Made by a program: the position numbers and the translations under genes
Shown: positions 49,333 to 63,230 of the stretch, one piece after another
Numbering within the stretch: position 1 is the first letter of the stretch
Layout of the letters: each line of letters starts with the position of its first letter
The notes under the pieces: generated by a model
Told to the model about the DNA's origin: nothing
Seen by the model: only the letters and a program-made list of their open reading frames with translations
The model's database searches: none
Assembly (NCBI GenBank): GCA_013239625.1
Contig: MU054391.1
Span: forward strand, 7,845,095-7,909,094
Direction of reading: 5' to 3'
From: Lama guanicoe
Lineage: Eukaryota
Length of the DNA: 64,000 bases

Positions 49333-52300
49333 AGACTGTAAATCAGGAGAGTGCCCCTAAGTCAATCAACTCTCCCTCATGTAGTTTTATGTTCTAGCTG
49401 CTCTCATGACATCACCTCTTCGAAAAACCCGTGCTTGAATGTCCACACTGCCCGGGGGCCCTGCTCCATCTCTGGACTGTGGTCTCCTTGAGGGCAGGGT
49501 TCCATCTGCTTTGTTTCTCTGTTCCCAGTGGCCCACGTGGGTCCCAGCACAGTCACGAGTCATCAAATGTGTGTTGACTGAATGAAGACGGACCAGAGCT
49601 GCTCTCAGGGTCAAACCACAGAGACATGTCTAACACAGTGATCCAGAGCACGGGAGTCTGATGTGACTCTCACAGCCGAGATGGTTATGCCAAGGCTGGG
49701 AGGAGAGTCGGGGAAGAGGACAGCAAGAAACACCTGGTGAGCTCAAGAAGCATCCTTTCTAACAACGACCAACGATTTTCTTTATTACGTAGAAGGCTTT
49801 GTACTTTTCAATATCCCGAATCCAGGGGCAGCTGGGGCGGTGTGCAAAGTCCTACAGCCATGATCTGGTGGAGTGTTTAAATTCTTTGTACCATTTAATG
49901 GACTGAAATCTAGCGTATAGGACTTCTTGAGCAGGTACTGCTTCGTTATTACATTATTACTCCATGCTATTCTACATTATTAACATTATAACACATTATT
50001 AAATATTTCTTTATTACCTGTATTCTTGAACCTTCATATAGGACCCAGCTGTCACCAAAGATTTGCAGCAAGAACGAGTAACGGGTGTAGCAGGCTGTTG
50101 AATCTGCATGAAGGCGACACAACTTGATATCATTTGGCAGGCATGCTATTCGGGAGAGTAATTTAGATGTCTCAGTGTGAGATTATTTTATATTATTTCA
50201 ACAATGGTCACCAGTGTCAGGATGAAATCTACGGAGGCACGTAGAGAAACGGCCTTCGGCTGTTCAGCCCAGTGTAAATACGAGGCCACTCCTGCTAAGA
50301 TAAACCTTTTAAAGGACAGCGTGTGCTTTGGGGGATAAGTTTGGAAATCTCTGCACCCCACCCTTCAAGCGGGATTTTCTGGTATTTTCCCCAAGAGCTT
50401 ATATTCAGCTGATTTCATGACGAGGAGACTAATTTTGTTAAACTTTATTTTCTGTAGTTAATATATATTTTTTAGAATGCGTGTCCCTGATTTTCTAAAT
50501 ATAAACTTGCTTTGTTATTAAATACGCTTTTTTAAGACAGGCACATTTCATCTACCCCAAATAAGATGCCACCATCCCCCAGGGGAAATTCTCCCGTGAG
50601 CCGTCTCCCACCAGATCACCAGGGCAGACCCTGGCCCCAGTAGCCTGAATCCCTGAGTCCCATGGGGGTGCCAGTGACCCTGGGTAATCAAACGGTGATA
50701 CGACGAATGAGAAATGAGAAAATCATGGCCCAATTTCCAAGGCTGATGCTCTTTCAATATGTGAATTTGGCTGAATCACTTAGACTCTGAGACTAACTGA
50801 TTTATAAAGCTGAAATATTGACAGCCACTTGCTGATTTCTCCAACGCCCCGTGGACAGAGCCAGCCGGGTAGGAGCTGGGGTGGAAGCTGCAGAGGCCGA
50901 GGGCGGGGTGGGGGGGCCAGGCCGACACATGGCCTAGCCTTGCGTTTAGTTCAGTTTGAGCTGCTTAGCTGCAGATTATCCCGAGGGACTGTCTTAAAGG
51001 CGTCAACATTCCCACTGGCTTACAAATGCCTTTCCCAGGAAGAAGGGCGTCTCTGCTCTCAGTTGCATCTCTGATGTAAGAGAGTTTGGCAGTTCGGATC
51101 CATGGAGACTGTTGACTCAGTTTCCCTGTGGTCCATTTGCCTCCCGCTGCACAGATGCCCTGACAATTCACTGCCCTCCGAGCCTGGTGCTGCGGGGAGA
51201 GCCGGGCTTTGCAGAATTATCAGTCGTCTTGGTATTAGCACAGCTGAGTCACTCCACAGAGATCTTGCACATCTTTATAAATGTCCTTATGTCACTCTGC
51301 TTCTTTCTTGACTAGAATAATTATACACAACTCTAAGGATAAAAACCAAAGAACAAAAGAATGAAGGAGGAAAAAGTACATAGTTTAAAAATCTGGGGTG
51401 ATCATCTTTAAGATTGAATGTGAATTTATCCTCTCCTTTTGTCTTCATTTTTCCATCCCTCTTTCCCATCCTCTCTCTCCCTCCCTTCTTTTGTGTATTT
51501 CTTCAGACGTTAAATCAGCAAATATTCTGGGTAACTTCTTCTGCATCCTGCTTTGTGCAGGAAACACCGACTTCGCAGGACAGATAATTCCTGCCCATAA
51601 GAAGCTCAGGGCACGATGGGGAAACTGATGAGATGGGACAACCACAATGCTTCGTGAGCACTGCTCTGACAGAGGTAAGCGCGAGGGGTTGGCGGACTGA
51701 TTGAGCCTGTCCTGGGAGAGGTGAGAAAAGGACTCACTGAGAAAGACTATGGCCAGACTGAGTCCTGAAGGATGGGTACAAATCTGTGAGGCAAAAAGGT
51801 GGATAAGAATTTTTAGATCGAGTATCAGGAAGCCCATTGGAATGAGACGATGGTGTATTTCTGACTGCCACTGTCCGAAGCTACACGCTATCGGTTGTGA
51901 AATGCACCATGTCTGCGTAAATAAAATGCATGAATTGATCAGCAAAAACATACTTTTTCTGTCATCAGACACTGAAATTTTTTTTCTTGGGTGTTATAAA
52001 GAGCAGACAGCCATGTAAGCAATGTCTTCAGGATTAATTTTATCACAGACATAGATAACAGACTTTGCCTAATTGCATTTTTACTCCCAGAAGGTCCCAA
52101 GGAGTATGTACTGGTCCAAATGGTGGCACAACCTCCAGAGAACATACAGGCTCAGTGAAGGGAGAGAGTTCCAGGGGGATGGAGTTCATCTAGGAAGACT
52201 CTCAGGAAAGATGCCTTTAGATGTGAGTCTTGATTGACTTCCTTGGATTAAAATTTCTGTCAAAAGGGGTTAAGACTGACTCTCACTACCAGTTTTGCTG

Positions 52301-55300
52301 AGAGTGGGCCTCTGCCTCTAGCTTTGGGATGCTCGTGTTGTAGAAGGACCCCGGAGGACAGCCCGCATCCGGCTGAACGGATGCAGGAGTGTTTACAGCA
52401 GACACCATCCCAGGCCGTCTGCTAAGATTGTTAAACAGAACTTCGCACACTTGGCCCTTTGTCCTTCAGGGTCTCAGGTCTCACGCAGTAAATGACCTGC
52501 TTTCACCATCACTCACAGGTGACACTGCCAGTGCTGTACCGGTTGGCGAACATGGTTTCATCTCGTTTTTACAAAGCTTATTTTCTCACATTTACTAAAG
52601 GAAAGCATAGCTTCACATGCCTATAGATCAAACAGGGGTTGAAAACATAGAAATGAAGAGGCTTTGGGTCTGAATTCTGGTTCTACCTCTTTGAAGCCAT
52701 GTGACGTTGGGCAAGTTACTTAACTTTTTGTGATTCAGTTTCTTCATCTGTAATTTGAGGATGCTGTCACCTACGTCGTACGTCTGTGGTGACACTCACC
52801 CGGCATGGCACATGCAAAAGATGCAATAATGGCTCCTTCTGATTAGGTGGCCAGTTTCCGTCTCTCTATCTTAATTTGCTTCCTCTGAACCTTAGGAATC
52901 TTTGGGATAAACATTTGCTTAGAAGAGAGAGAAAGGGAGTGTGATTACCAACTGGTGGTGGATGAGTCCATCCACGGCCACGGTCTCCCTGGGAGGCCTT
53001 TGGAAGGGAGTCCACATGTTCCATATACTGAAGGCCTTTCTGCAGCCCAGTGCAAAGGGTGTGCTGGGCTAGGTGGGGCGGGGCCAGGGCTGGAGGTGAC
53101 CTCAGGTGTCCCCAGGCGCAGCCGCTAAATCACTCAGGAGAGATCCTATGGAAACAGGGGTAGAGATGCCAGGATGTGTTGCAATATTATTTTAGAGGAT
53201 TCATCTGCTTAGTATTATAGTTCCCCTCATTTAACCCTCAGAGGTTTTGGACTCTGTCTGGTGTGAAAATTTTTTTCTGTTTAGAAAGAGTTCCGCACAT
53301 TGCTCATTTCTTTAGCAGACGGCACATTGAGAGAACTTGTTTATCCTGCTAAGTGAGTCATCAGTGTCCTGCGCGATACTCAGCCGTGGAACAGGAGACT
53401 TGGAAGCGAGATGAGGGCTCGGCTAGCTCAGCCCCCTCACTTTACCGAGGGGGAAATCGAGGCCCAAAGAGGAGGGGGGGCTTGCACAGAATCACCCCAT
53501 AAGGAACCCGGGCTTAAAACACAGGGCTCCCGATTCCAGGTCTGGTGTGTGTTCTACTTAATGCAACAGATGTTCAGAGATTTTTGGAGGGAATAAGGGA
53601 AAAGGGGATCATGCTAGAACCATACGTACGGTGTTTCAATTCAACCTCTCAGCAGCCCTGTAAGAAATTCATATTTAAGAAGGGATTACGGCACTTAGCT
53701 GAGGAGATATAGAAAATGATTGCATCATTCATTCTACATAAAAAAGAAAAATTATTTGTGTACATAAAAAATATCTGTGTACTTACTCCCCAGGCACTGC
53801 TAGACACTGAGATAGTGAAGGGAATAAGACGGACACTGTTCCTGCTGTCACTGTGTTTATGGTCTAGGGACTCTCTGGATTCTTTGCTGCACAGGTGGTT
53901 TTAAAATTGGTCACTTGAAGCCCTGGGGCCCCGCAGAGGCGGCTCGAGGTTTCCTTGAGGATGCACAGAGGTCAAGCCAGGCTCCACGTCCCTTCTCCCA
54001 TCCATCCCCGTGTCAGCTAGGGAGGCCATCTTGTCTATTTCTACACTGGGACTTCATCTAAGATTTCAATTCAAGATAGGATTCCTTTGGTTCATCCACT
54101 CAGCTGATTCACGCTGTGTCCTTCACTTATTCAGAAAATCTTCAGCTGTAAATGCAAAAACTCAACTCAAATCACCTCAAGAACAGGAACAATAGAATTT
54201 ATTGGAACTCTTTGGATACATCAAGTTGTGGATTCAGCTGGTTGGGGAGCTCAAACATTGGCAGGGTGACCTCCCTTCGTCTGGCTTCAGATAAATTCAG
54301 ATCCAAGAACTTCAATAAGAATGTCAGAATCTGCTCTCCCTTCCTTTCTCTCCTTCTCTTTCCACTCTCTGCCCACCTTCATTAGTCATAAGCTACCTCC
54401 AAATAGTGATGATATAGCTGTTGAAAGCCCCAGTCTACCACTTTCTAGCAGAAAGAAACATTTCCTGTCTTTTTCCCACCATAGAGCCATTCCAGTGAAG
54501 AATATTATTGATTCTGTTTGGGCCCAACAAATCAGTGGAGCCAGGAGCATAAGGATAATCTTACTGGTCAACCAGTGCTCAGGCGCCAACCTCCAAGGAG
54601 AGAACCCCCGAGAGGAGGGCTGGGAACTATGACTGACAGTCCTACCAGCATCAAAGAGAACGGCAGGAAAGTCTCTAGAAGAGAAGGATGAGGGTGTGCA
54701 GGTGAGAAGACCCAGAATAAGGTGCCATGGTCTGTTACATCCTTTCTTTCTCTTTAAGTTGATACAGATCTATTCTTTGATAACCTATGGCTTTATTCTA
54801 CTTATGGTGTTTTCTTTTTAATATTGACTACTTATAAAGATGATTCTAGGAAATTCAAAGCATGTGTAGGAAAGATGAAACTCGAACCCCTGAAGCTCAA
54901 GGAAAAAGGCAAAATGGAGTGATCGCAGCCCTATTCCTAGATGCTCTAGCTGGGAGAGGACATACGCAGTAAGAACAAAGTCTAGCTTTGAGTTTCTAGC
55001 ACTCTAGGCAAATAAGAGGAAAAAAAAGGAAGAGTGGGTACATAATTCTCATCATCTAATGTTAGAATCTGGTTGCCAAGGGGTTACACACTTTTTCCTG
55101 ATACTGAGATCTGAGTTTGGTTTGTCATAGACACTTTTGTCTGGAAGACATTCATGTAGTTGATTTTTCATTTTTTTCAAGACAGCAGATAATCCTTCTA
55201 CCCAATCTCTACAATCCTAGATGGCTCTTTTTTTAAGCCTTTTGTGAAAAACGCGTACAGCCAGCATCTTTTAAAGATGTTATTCAAATGAGAGCACCCT

Positions 55301-57540
55301 GCTACTAAGACAGCCGGAGAGTGTTGAGGAAGGATGGCTGTGCTGAGGTTCAAGTGATCAACTGAGATGTTTCGGAGCCACAGGAAGGATCAGCTATAAT
55401 CACCTTCTCTTCAGAGGGAATTATTTCCTTTCTATCTCAATAAGAAGAGGGGAACGATGAGAACTATTGTAAATTAGGTCAGTTCTCTTGAGAAAGTCAT
55501 TGCAAAGGAGTCACTCCAGTTTTGACGTCTGCAGTGGCGACGCTGGGGGCATTATTGCTGCACTCGGGTTACATGGACCAAAGGTGCAAATAAGAAGCAG
55601 TCTCTCTATTTTCCAGGTAGAAGGATGCATGCAGATTCTACGGAAAGGCAAAGAGAGCTTGGCGCACCTGAGAATTAATGATCCCAAGGGCCACACGATC
55701 TAGATCCCTTTCCTGGCTCTGTCCCTTTTTGCTGTGTGGCCCTGTCAGAACGCCTTCCTATTTGGGCTTCGCTTCCAAAATCTACAAAACATAAGAGCGG
55801 GTGTATGTGATTACTGAGATTTCTTGTGGCTCTAAATGTCCATATCTAGATGGCACTGTAATTTCTGGATTCCAGAAAATGATGCCTGTTTGATTATTAG
55901 GTGACAATATGGTTTTCCACACGCAGCATTTGGAAAACTGGTCTTGTTAATTGGCGGTAAACTCTCTTGTTGCCAAAACACCCTTGTTTTCCTGAACAAA
56001 ACTTACATGTTGCTGAGAAAGATTTTGAATCTCTCTTGCTCTTAGTAGTTTGCTCTTGATAAACAACTCTCTTCCTCAATATACAGAAAACAATGAAAGA
56101 CTCAGTTTCCTTCGAGCCCCTTTTGCTCCGTGGCTTCTCTGCATGACATGCGCTAGGACCTGCCAGTCACCAAAGAGACCTGTTCGGTGCCTTGTAAGAG
56201 GGATTCCCAAAGTCAAGGTTAGCTTTTCCTGTCTCCAGAGAAAGGGCTAGAGATTCCTGTTATAAGAGCAAGACTTAACATCGGAAAATTGGTCCTTCTT
56301 ACCTACATGAGGGTCATACGTTGAAAATGTAGAATCAAGATTCCGTCTAAGAAGAGTGAGAATCTCCCAGCTCTGCCAGTAAACTAAATATGTAAGAATT
56401 GCTAACACCGATACATTGTTTTGCCATTTACAGTACCCTTTCATGCATGTTATTTCGTTAAGAGCTTCACAAATGATCCTGCAGATGAGCAACATTCACC
56501 GTGTTTCCTAGATGAGGTGACGGAGGGCCATATGGTTTAACTGAAGTGACCAGACAGCTAGCGGGCAGGAAGGGGAACAGGGCTTGGGTTCAGCTCTCAC
56601 CGCCCAGTGGGCGAGCATGGGGAACTACTTTACAGCCCTGGGACTCAGTCTCCCCACTGGTAAACCAGGAACTGCAACCCCAGTCCACCTAATTCACAGG
56701 TCTGAGTGTGTTCTGAGAAAACACAAATGCCCTTCATTCCTCACTGACTGAAGCCCGAGTCTATTTCAATAGCTCAGAAACATGGTCAAATATCAAAGAC
56801 CTGAATTTAGCAACTCCTAAAGTCAAAACAAACCACGCACCACACAAACTCTGCCTTCTCCTCGGAACAAGGTGGTAGTATTCAGCCCAGCGCTGACCTG
56901 GGATTCTCTCCAGTGGGACCCGAGACGGCAGAAACAAACTTCGCATTTGCAGTTTCGGTGTGGCTTTGAGACTCCGTTTGCAAAAAGAAGTTACTTACGA
57001 AGGAGGAGAAACATTTTTGTGGAGACAAAACAGGAAAAAAAAAATCATAGATTTGAAAATCTGACAAAAATAACAAATGAATAATTTACAGCTTTCCCTT
57101 CATTTATTGAAAAACATTGGACTGTGTTCTTACTCAGTGCAACTCGGGTTCTCTTCCTATGGCTGTTACTCACTTAGCTTCATTTCTTTCCTTTTTTTTT
57201 TTTTTTTTTGATGACATTTATTTGGTGACTGTTGCTCCTGGCTTTTCATAGGACACCATCTGAGCACCACCTGGATGTTCCTGCCACCCAAGCCTTCAGC
57301 CCTCAGAGACAGTGTCTATTTGCTCCCACTGTCTCCCAGATGCTCCCCACCCGTAACACACACACCATCTCTCAGAACAGCCCTCCTGCTGTCTCCAGAC
57401 CCGGAGGATGCTTACAAGGCTTCATAGCCTCAGACCATCATTCATCCACCTTTAATGTTACCCTTTGAAAATTCCCAAGTCTTATTCCCCTGTCCCGGAG
57501 TGCGCTATCCTTTGCATTTGCTGATGCCTGCAGATTCCAT

Positions 57541-57640
57541 AGGGTCGCCAGATTTAGCAAACAAAGACACAGGCTGCCCCGTTCAGTGTGAATTTCAGAT
57601 AGATAAAATATTTCGGAATGAGCATGTCCTGTATTTACTT
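57541..57640 (+). mobile_element. MER53-like hAT fragment
   Basis: AGGGTCGCCAGATTTAGCAAACAAAGACACAGG…TGAATTTCAGATA matches the recalled MER53 left end. Confidence 0.65.
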
Positions 57641-58989
57641 GTGATGTTACACTCGTGAGAGAAGCAGAGCTGGCATCACTACTTCCACTCTGCAGAGAAA
57701 ACTGAGGTCCACGAGGGTAAAGCAATGGTCCGAGATGACGCAGCCTGGAAGCGATGTCGCTGGGATTCGAAGCAGAGGAAGCTGACCTCAAAACCTATGC
57801 CTTCTCCACAGCAGCGTGCTGCCTTTATTAAACATAACAGCGCGTCTCTGGTACTTGACAGTTTTCAAAACACTTTTAGATGCATGATCTTAATTAATCT
57901 TCGCAGGCACCTTCTGAGATAGATGCTACATTTCATTTGTTCTAAGACACTTTTTTTTTCCTTTTTAACACTTTAACATCTCTGATCGCAGGATGTATTT
58001 TATTGTCAATAGAGTGTCAGTCTAATTGGCAGCATTTTTTTTCTTTATTAGAAGTGTTTAAATAATGTCATGCTGGCTTCAATTAAATGCAATATTATTA
58101 TGGATTTCCTCAGGGAAGTCTGGTCTCAAGCCTAAGGTGGTAGACACTGTAATTAAAGCTGTCTTCCTGACCCTCTACTCCCTTCATGTTGCAAAGAAAT
58201 TACACAGACTTTCTCCCCAAGACGCACAATGGAGCCAGGATGGGTTCGGTGAACTGGGCCAGACATCAGACTCCTAGCAGGAGAGAGGACGTGTGTCTTC
58301 CCTCTTTCCCAGGTTTCCCTATAAGCTGAGAACTTAAAGACTAGGCAGGTGAGACGAAGAATCTGGAAAGGATGGCTTTCCCCTCTTTGTTTAAATCTTC
58401 CAGGGGAGCTGCGCAGAGAAAACCATGGCTCGCTGCAAAGTCATACAAGTGAAAGATTCGAAGACACAGGAGATGGAAGCTGGCCTTGGTCGAGCCACCC
58501 GGCGCCGGGCCCTGCCAGCTGGAGAGCATCGCCGACTCCCCGCAGGCTGCCTGCTCCGAGCCTGGGTCCCGGCCCAGGAGCGTCATGACTCAGGCAGCTT
58601 TGCTCCAGCGCTCCCCCTTGGAGCCTCGGTCTACAGTCTAGACTGTGCAGGAGGCATTCTTGATCCCAGGCCCACATTTCCCAGCATGTATTCACAGAAT
58701 CTCATTCCAAATGTTGTATTCTTGGGCTCCAAACAGCTAATATCAGGAGGGAACCTTCATGAGAAAAGAGAAACACATTGTACGGGAAAAGAGGAGGAGG
58801 AGAAGGAAAATGATGCACTGATTGCAAGCAGACAGGTCTGAGACTGAACTGATTTATACTTTCAGAGGGTAAGGGACCGTGAGCATCTGCCTGAAAGATG
58901 ATCATTTCCAAAGAGATGATTTGAAGACTGGAGAACTGAAAGCATTTAACATGGCCCTTCCTTTACAGAAGAAGAGCTTATTATTGGAA

Positions 58990-59212
58990 GTTTATGCGGA
59001 TCTAAGGTACTGCATGGTGACTACAGTTAACAGTCCTGTGTTGCACACTTCAAAGTTACAAAGAGAGTAGAACTTAAAATTTCTCACCACACACACACAC
59101 ACGGTAACTACGTGAGTGATGGACACGTTAACTAACCTTCTTGTGGTAATCATTTTGCAATATATACTTACACAATGTTCTATGTCAATTATATCTCAAT
59201 AAAGCTGGAAAG
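58990..59212 (+). mobile_element. L1M (L1MA/MB-like) 3'UTR fragment
   Basis: CATGGTGACTACAGTTAAC…GAGAGTAGAACTTAAAATTTCTCACCAC…TGTGGTAATCATTT…TATGTCAATTATATCTCAATAAAGCTGG. Confidence 0.8.
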
Positions 59213-60624
59213 GCATAATTATAAAAAAGCTTATTCCTCAGCAGACGCCTATCTGCAGATTGCCCTCTGTGTTGATAACAGTCAAAGGCAGCACGCTTCC
59301 CTGGGCTCTCAGTGCTAAATCACATCATTTAAGCCTCCATCAAGCTTTTGGGGTCAGTGTTAATGTTCTCATTTTAGAGACAAAGGAACAGAGGCTCAAA
59401 CCCTGCTAAAGTTCGCAGACTGTTCCTGGCAGAGTTGGGAGCTGAGCCCAGATCTTGTGATCCCAAAGGTGGTGTTCTTTTTCCTCCCCGCACCAGTAGC
59501 TACTCCGTGAATAAGAGCACAGATGAAGTTTGCTTGGATGAACTTGGGAAAAAGTTGCGGGGGGTGGGCTGGGTTAGGCAGATGGGAATGAGGGCGATCG
59601 AGTCTGAAAGGGGCTTAAAAACTTGCCTTGTGTCCCGGAGATACCGACCTGATGGAGGCGTTAGACTATCTGGACAGGAAAGAGAAGAGGTGAATCAGGA
59701 AGGCCATCTCAGTAGCGGAGTCTTAATGTAAGAAGAGAGAGGCTTAGACCAGGGGGGAGGTCTTGGAATAAAAGGCCTTTGATGGTGAGTCAGAGGGTTA
59801 TGAGGAGCATTACCTCCTTACTCCAAGAATCTTGATGCAAGAAAAAGTTTGTGTTTTAATAGCATCACACTTCCTCCAGTGCAGACAAAGTTGCTCAAAA
59901 TGGAGTAAAGAAAACAGAATGATCTTTGGAAACATATGCAGTTGCGTTGAATCCAGTCTACGCCACTTAATGATCTTTGACCTGAGGCAAGGCATCCAGC
60001 CCTTCCTGCGGACCAGTTTCCACATCTGTAGAATAAAGGGGGCATTATCTCTCTCAGCAGGCTGCCTGGAGATCATTCACTTAGAGCTGCTGAGTGCACT
60101 CCCTCCATGGGCCCCCTGCATCTGGCCCATGTCTGTTACAGCTCCACACACCATATTCTCCGTTCCTTTTTTGCCTCTGTTTCCCCTTTCGCTCTCTCGG
60201 CTCCTTGGTGATTCCACATCATTGTCTCCAGCATCCGTATCTGGCAGAGGACGCACTCACGGTGTCTCCTCGAAGAAGAATGCTGGGTGAGTAGGAAGCA
60301 AGAAGGATGGGAGAGAAGGGGTTTAGTTTAGCAAACTGCCCAAATTTAGAATATGTCCCCCATTTACTCTGAGACCTTCGGCCTTCTCTCTTCTCCTGAG
60401 CCCTTGTCCCAGTCCTGCCCCCATCTCATGGGCAGGTGAAGTCTAAAAGGAAAAGTCTGCGGATAAAAAACGGCAGGGGGTGGGAGGTTAGTCAGTTTAT
60501 AATAATTAGACATTGGTTTACAGTTGACAGTGCTCTTTAACTTCCACTATCACCTCTTCTGAGGCTGGTAACAGCCCTCTACGGAGGATGGGCGGACGGT
60601 GTTACAGAGTCCCTGACTGACAGT

Positions 60625-61220
60625 GGTTTTCACCCTTACCTGGTGCAAAATTGATACACCTTCAGTAGAAAGAGAACATCGAATTTTGAATTTTGATCTT
60701 TCCTAGGCTGGTAATCCGTGCTGTGTCGCTCTCACAATGCTGGGCAGTGGCAGTGAGCCCCGGTTCCCGGGCACCACGCCATCACGGAGGTCAGCGACCG
60801 GTACCCTCCCAACCATTCTGTATCCAGACGACCATCGTGTTTCTCACTTTCAGTACAGTGGTCAATAAATTATGTGAGGTGCTCAGCACTTTAGTATAAA
60901 ATAGGCTTTGTGCTAGACGATTTTACCCAATTGTTGGTGAAGGTAAATGTCTGAGCACAAGTAAGGTAGGCTAGGCGATGCTGTGATGTTTCCTAGGTCA
61001 GGTGTATTAAATGCATTTTTTTCTTATTTTCTTGGGGTGTAATTAGGTTTGTTTGTTTAATGGCGGTACTGGGGATTGAACCCAGGACCTCGTGCATGCT
61101 AGGCACATGCTCTACCACTGAGCTAGACTCAACCCCCCTTAATGCATTTTTGACTTAGGATATTTTCAACTTATGGTAGCTTGTCAGGGTGTGACCCCAT
61201 CAGAAGCTGAGGAAGATCTA
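60625..61220 (-). mobile_element. MER47/Tigger5-family DNA transposon remnant
   Basis: Matches the recalled consensus in reverse (GAATTTTGAATTTTGATCTT, TATAAAATAGGCTTTGTG, GGTGTATTAAATGCATTTT…GACTTA…TATTTTCAACTTA…ACCCCATC); interrupted by the SINE. Confidence 0.75.
61021..61140 (-). mobile_element. Second tRNA-Ala-derived SINE (Vic-1-like), nested in a MER47/Tigger5 element
   Basis: Same tRNA-like head (61061-61138) and TAATTA-containing tail as the 15.3 kb copy. TSD AATGCATTTTT at 61010-61020 and 61141-61151. Confidence 0.88.
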
Positions 61221-63079
61221 TATTTCTTTGTGCCTATGAGGAAACTGAATCCTGAGAGGGAAAAATGAACCAAGTTCACACAGTTCCTAGGGACAAAATC
61301 AGAACCAGAAGCCAAGCTGTCTGACTCCCTCTTTCTGTGCCTCCCTGCACTTCGTCTCCCAAAGATAATGCAAAGCTAATAAGGCTAAAAATAATGACAG
61401 GAGAGAAGCTCCCCCAGCATCCCGGATGTGAGTAGGCGCTCCCGGAGCCTCAGGTGGGCGTGCTGGCCGGCCCCCACTTCCTGCTCACTCATTGCACAGG
61501 CCGTCCAGCCCTCAGAGCAGCGTGGACCCTGCAGAGCAGACACAGGAGCTGAATCACTGCGAGCCCGTCTGTTAGATGCAAAGAGATGGCGTGGGTGGTC
61601 GCGTCCCAGACAGAAGACACTCGACCAGATGGAGACGTGCCTGTGAGCCTGGACGGCGCTCTGGTTGCTGCCGGACCCTGGGTGCTGCTCTCTTTTGATT
61701 GAATCGATGGCTGAGGAGGCAGCTGCCAGGAGCTGCCACTGCTCATGGGGTCCCCAGACCCCCAGGCAGGGACATGTCCAAGGATGAGCAGGGATGACGC
61801 CAGCCAGGGGGAGAGACAGGGGCACCACGATGTGCAGACACAATCTCGTCCTTGGTAAGAGAATCTGGGCGGTAACAACAGCTCGGTAAAGGTGCTATTT
61901 ATACAGCGCCCATCTGGTGAGCATTCTGCGTGCTTCGCTCCAGACACACAACTCAAACACAGCGAGCTCTGAGGCTGCAGCTAAGATCTCACTCTGCCAT
62001 TGCTGACTGGCCTGCAAGAGCATCCTGCCCAGAGGAATCCCACTGAAGCGGAGGACTGTTTGAAATCGCCCTGCCTTTCTCTTCTCCGGTGAGCACAGTC
62101 AGAGCCGGGACAGCAGCACTGATTCTGTTCTCTGTGTCAGTCGTTTCGAATATCCATCACAACGCTGCTTATGACATCTGTGAAGAAACGGAGGGTCGCC
62201 ACGGTTAAGCAGCTTACCCAGGGCCACCTAGGTGTGAGCAGAGGACCTGGGGCACTAAAGCCAGTTGACTGCCGATGCTAGAGTCACTCGGCTGGTGGGT
62301 GACAGAGTTGGGTGGGGATCGGGTCCTCCTGACCTCAAGGCCCTGTGTTTCACTCCCTGGACCTGCTTGCCATTTCCTTCCCGCTCCCCTCCCCAAGTCC
62401 CCAGAGGAAAAGAGCCCCCAGATGTCATCTCCAGAGGGAGGCAAGAAGATGGTTGCTCTCCTCGGTCCCGCACTGAGGTTTTCACGGCTTCAATCCTCTG
62501 GAATTTGTAGGTAGACATTACTGCTTTGTCCTTGACAGATGCAATGCACATTTCCTAGTCACACAGCGCGATGGAGACACTGAGGATGGGGAACTTCTCT
62601 TCCTGGCTCCTCCAGCCTCCCTGGCCCCTCTCTGCCTGCCCTATTCCTCCCCAGAAGCACATCCACACCATGCCAGCGGCGCGGGGGGCTGCAGCAGTTG
62701 CAGGGGCGTCTGGCTCCTCTGAGCTCCTTGCAGCCTGCGGGGAGCCCTGGGGAGCCCGTCAGGGTTTGAAGAAGACCTCAGAAGTCATTTGTTTAGCTTC
62801 TCCCCCACCCCGTCTGGGGCGGGCAGGAAAGAGAGCCAGAGAAAGGATCTCGGAACCCCTTCAAGTGCATTTATAGACATGAATGGAAAGAGAAAATTAT
62901 AGATCTATAAATCTAGCCAAATTTGGAAAAAATCCCAGGAAAATGAGCATTAACTGCTTACAAATTATTTAAATCTGATGAGAAGGAAGAAAAGGAGGGG
63001 GAGCAAGGCGGGGAGGAGGGAAATGACTACAGGAAACCAGCATTTACTAAACACGGAGGGAGGTCATGGTCTCGGGCCT

Positions 63080-63230
63080 CGCTGCTTGAAGTTCAGTCCG
63101 TGGACCTGGGAGCTCTGAGGAGCTGGCTAAAGTGGCAGAATTTCAGGTCCCACCCACACCTACCCAAGTCGAATCTATATTTTAATAAGATCCCTGGGCA
63201 ATTCCTAAGCACCATGACGTCTGAGATGTA
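63080..63230. mobile_element. MER5-family (hAT-Charlie) remnant
   Basis: GCAGAATTTCAGGTCCCACCC…GAATCTATATTTTAATAAGATCCCTGGG…ATTC. Confidence 0.6.
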
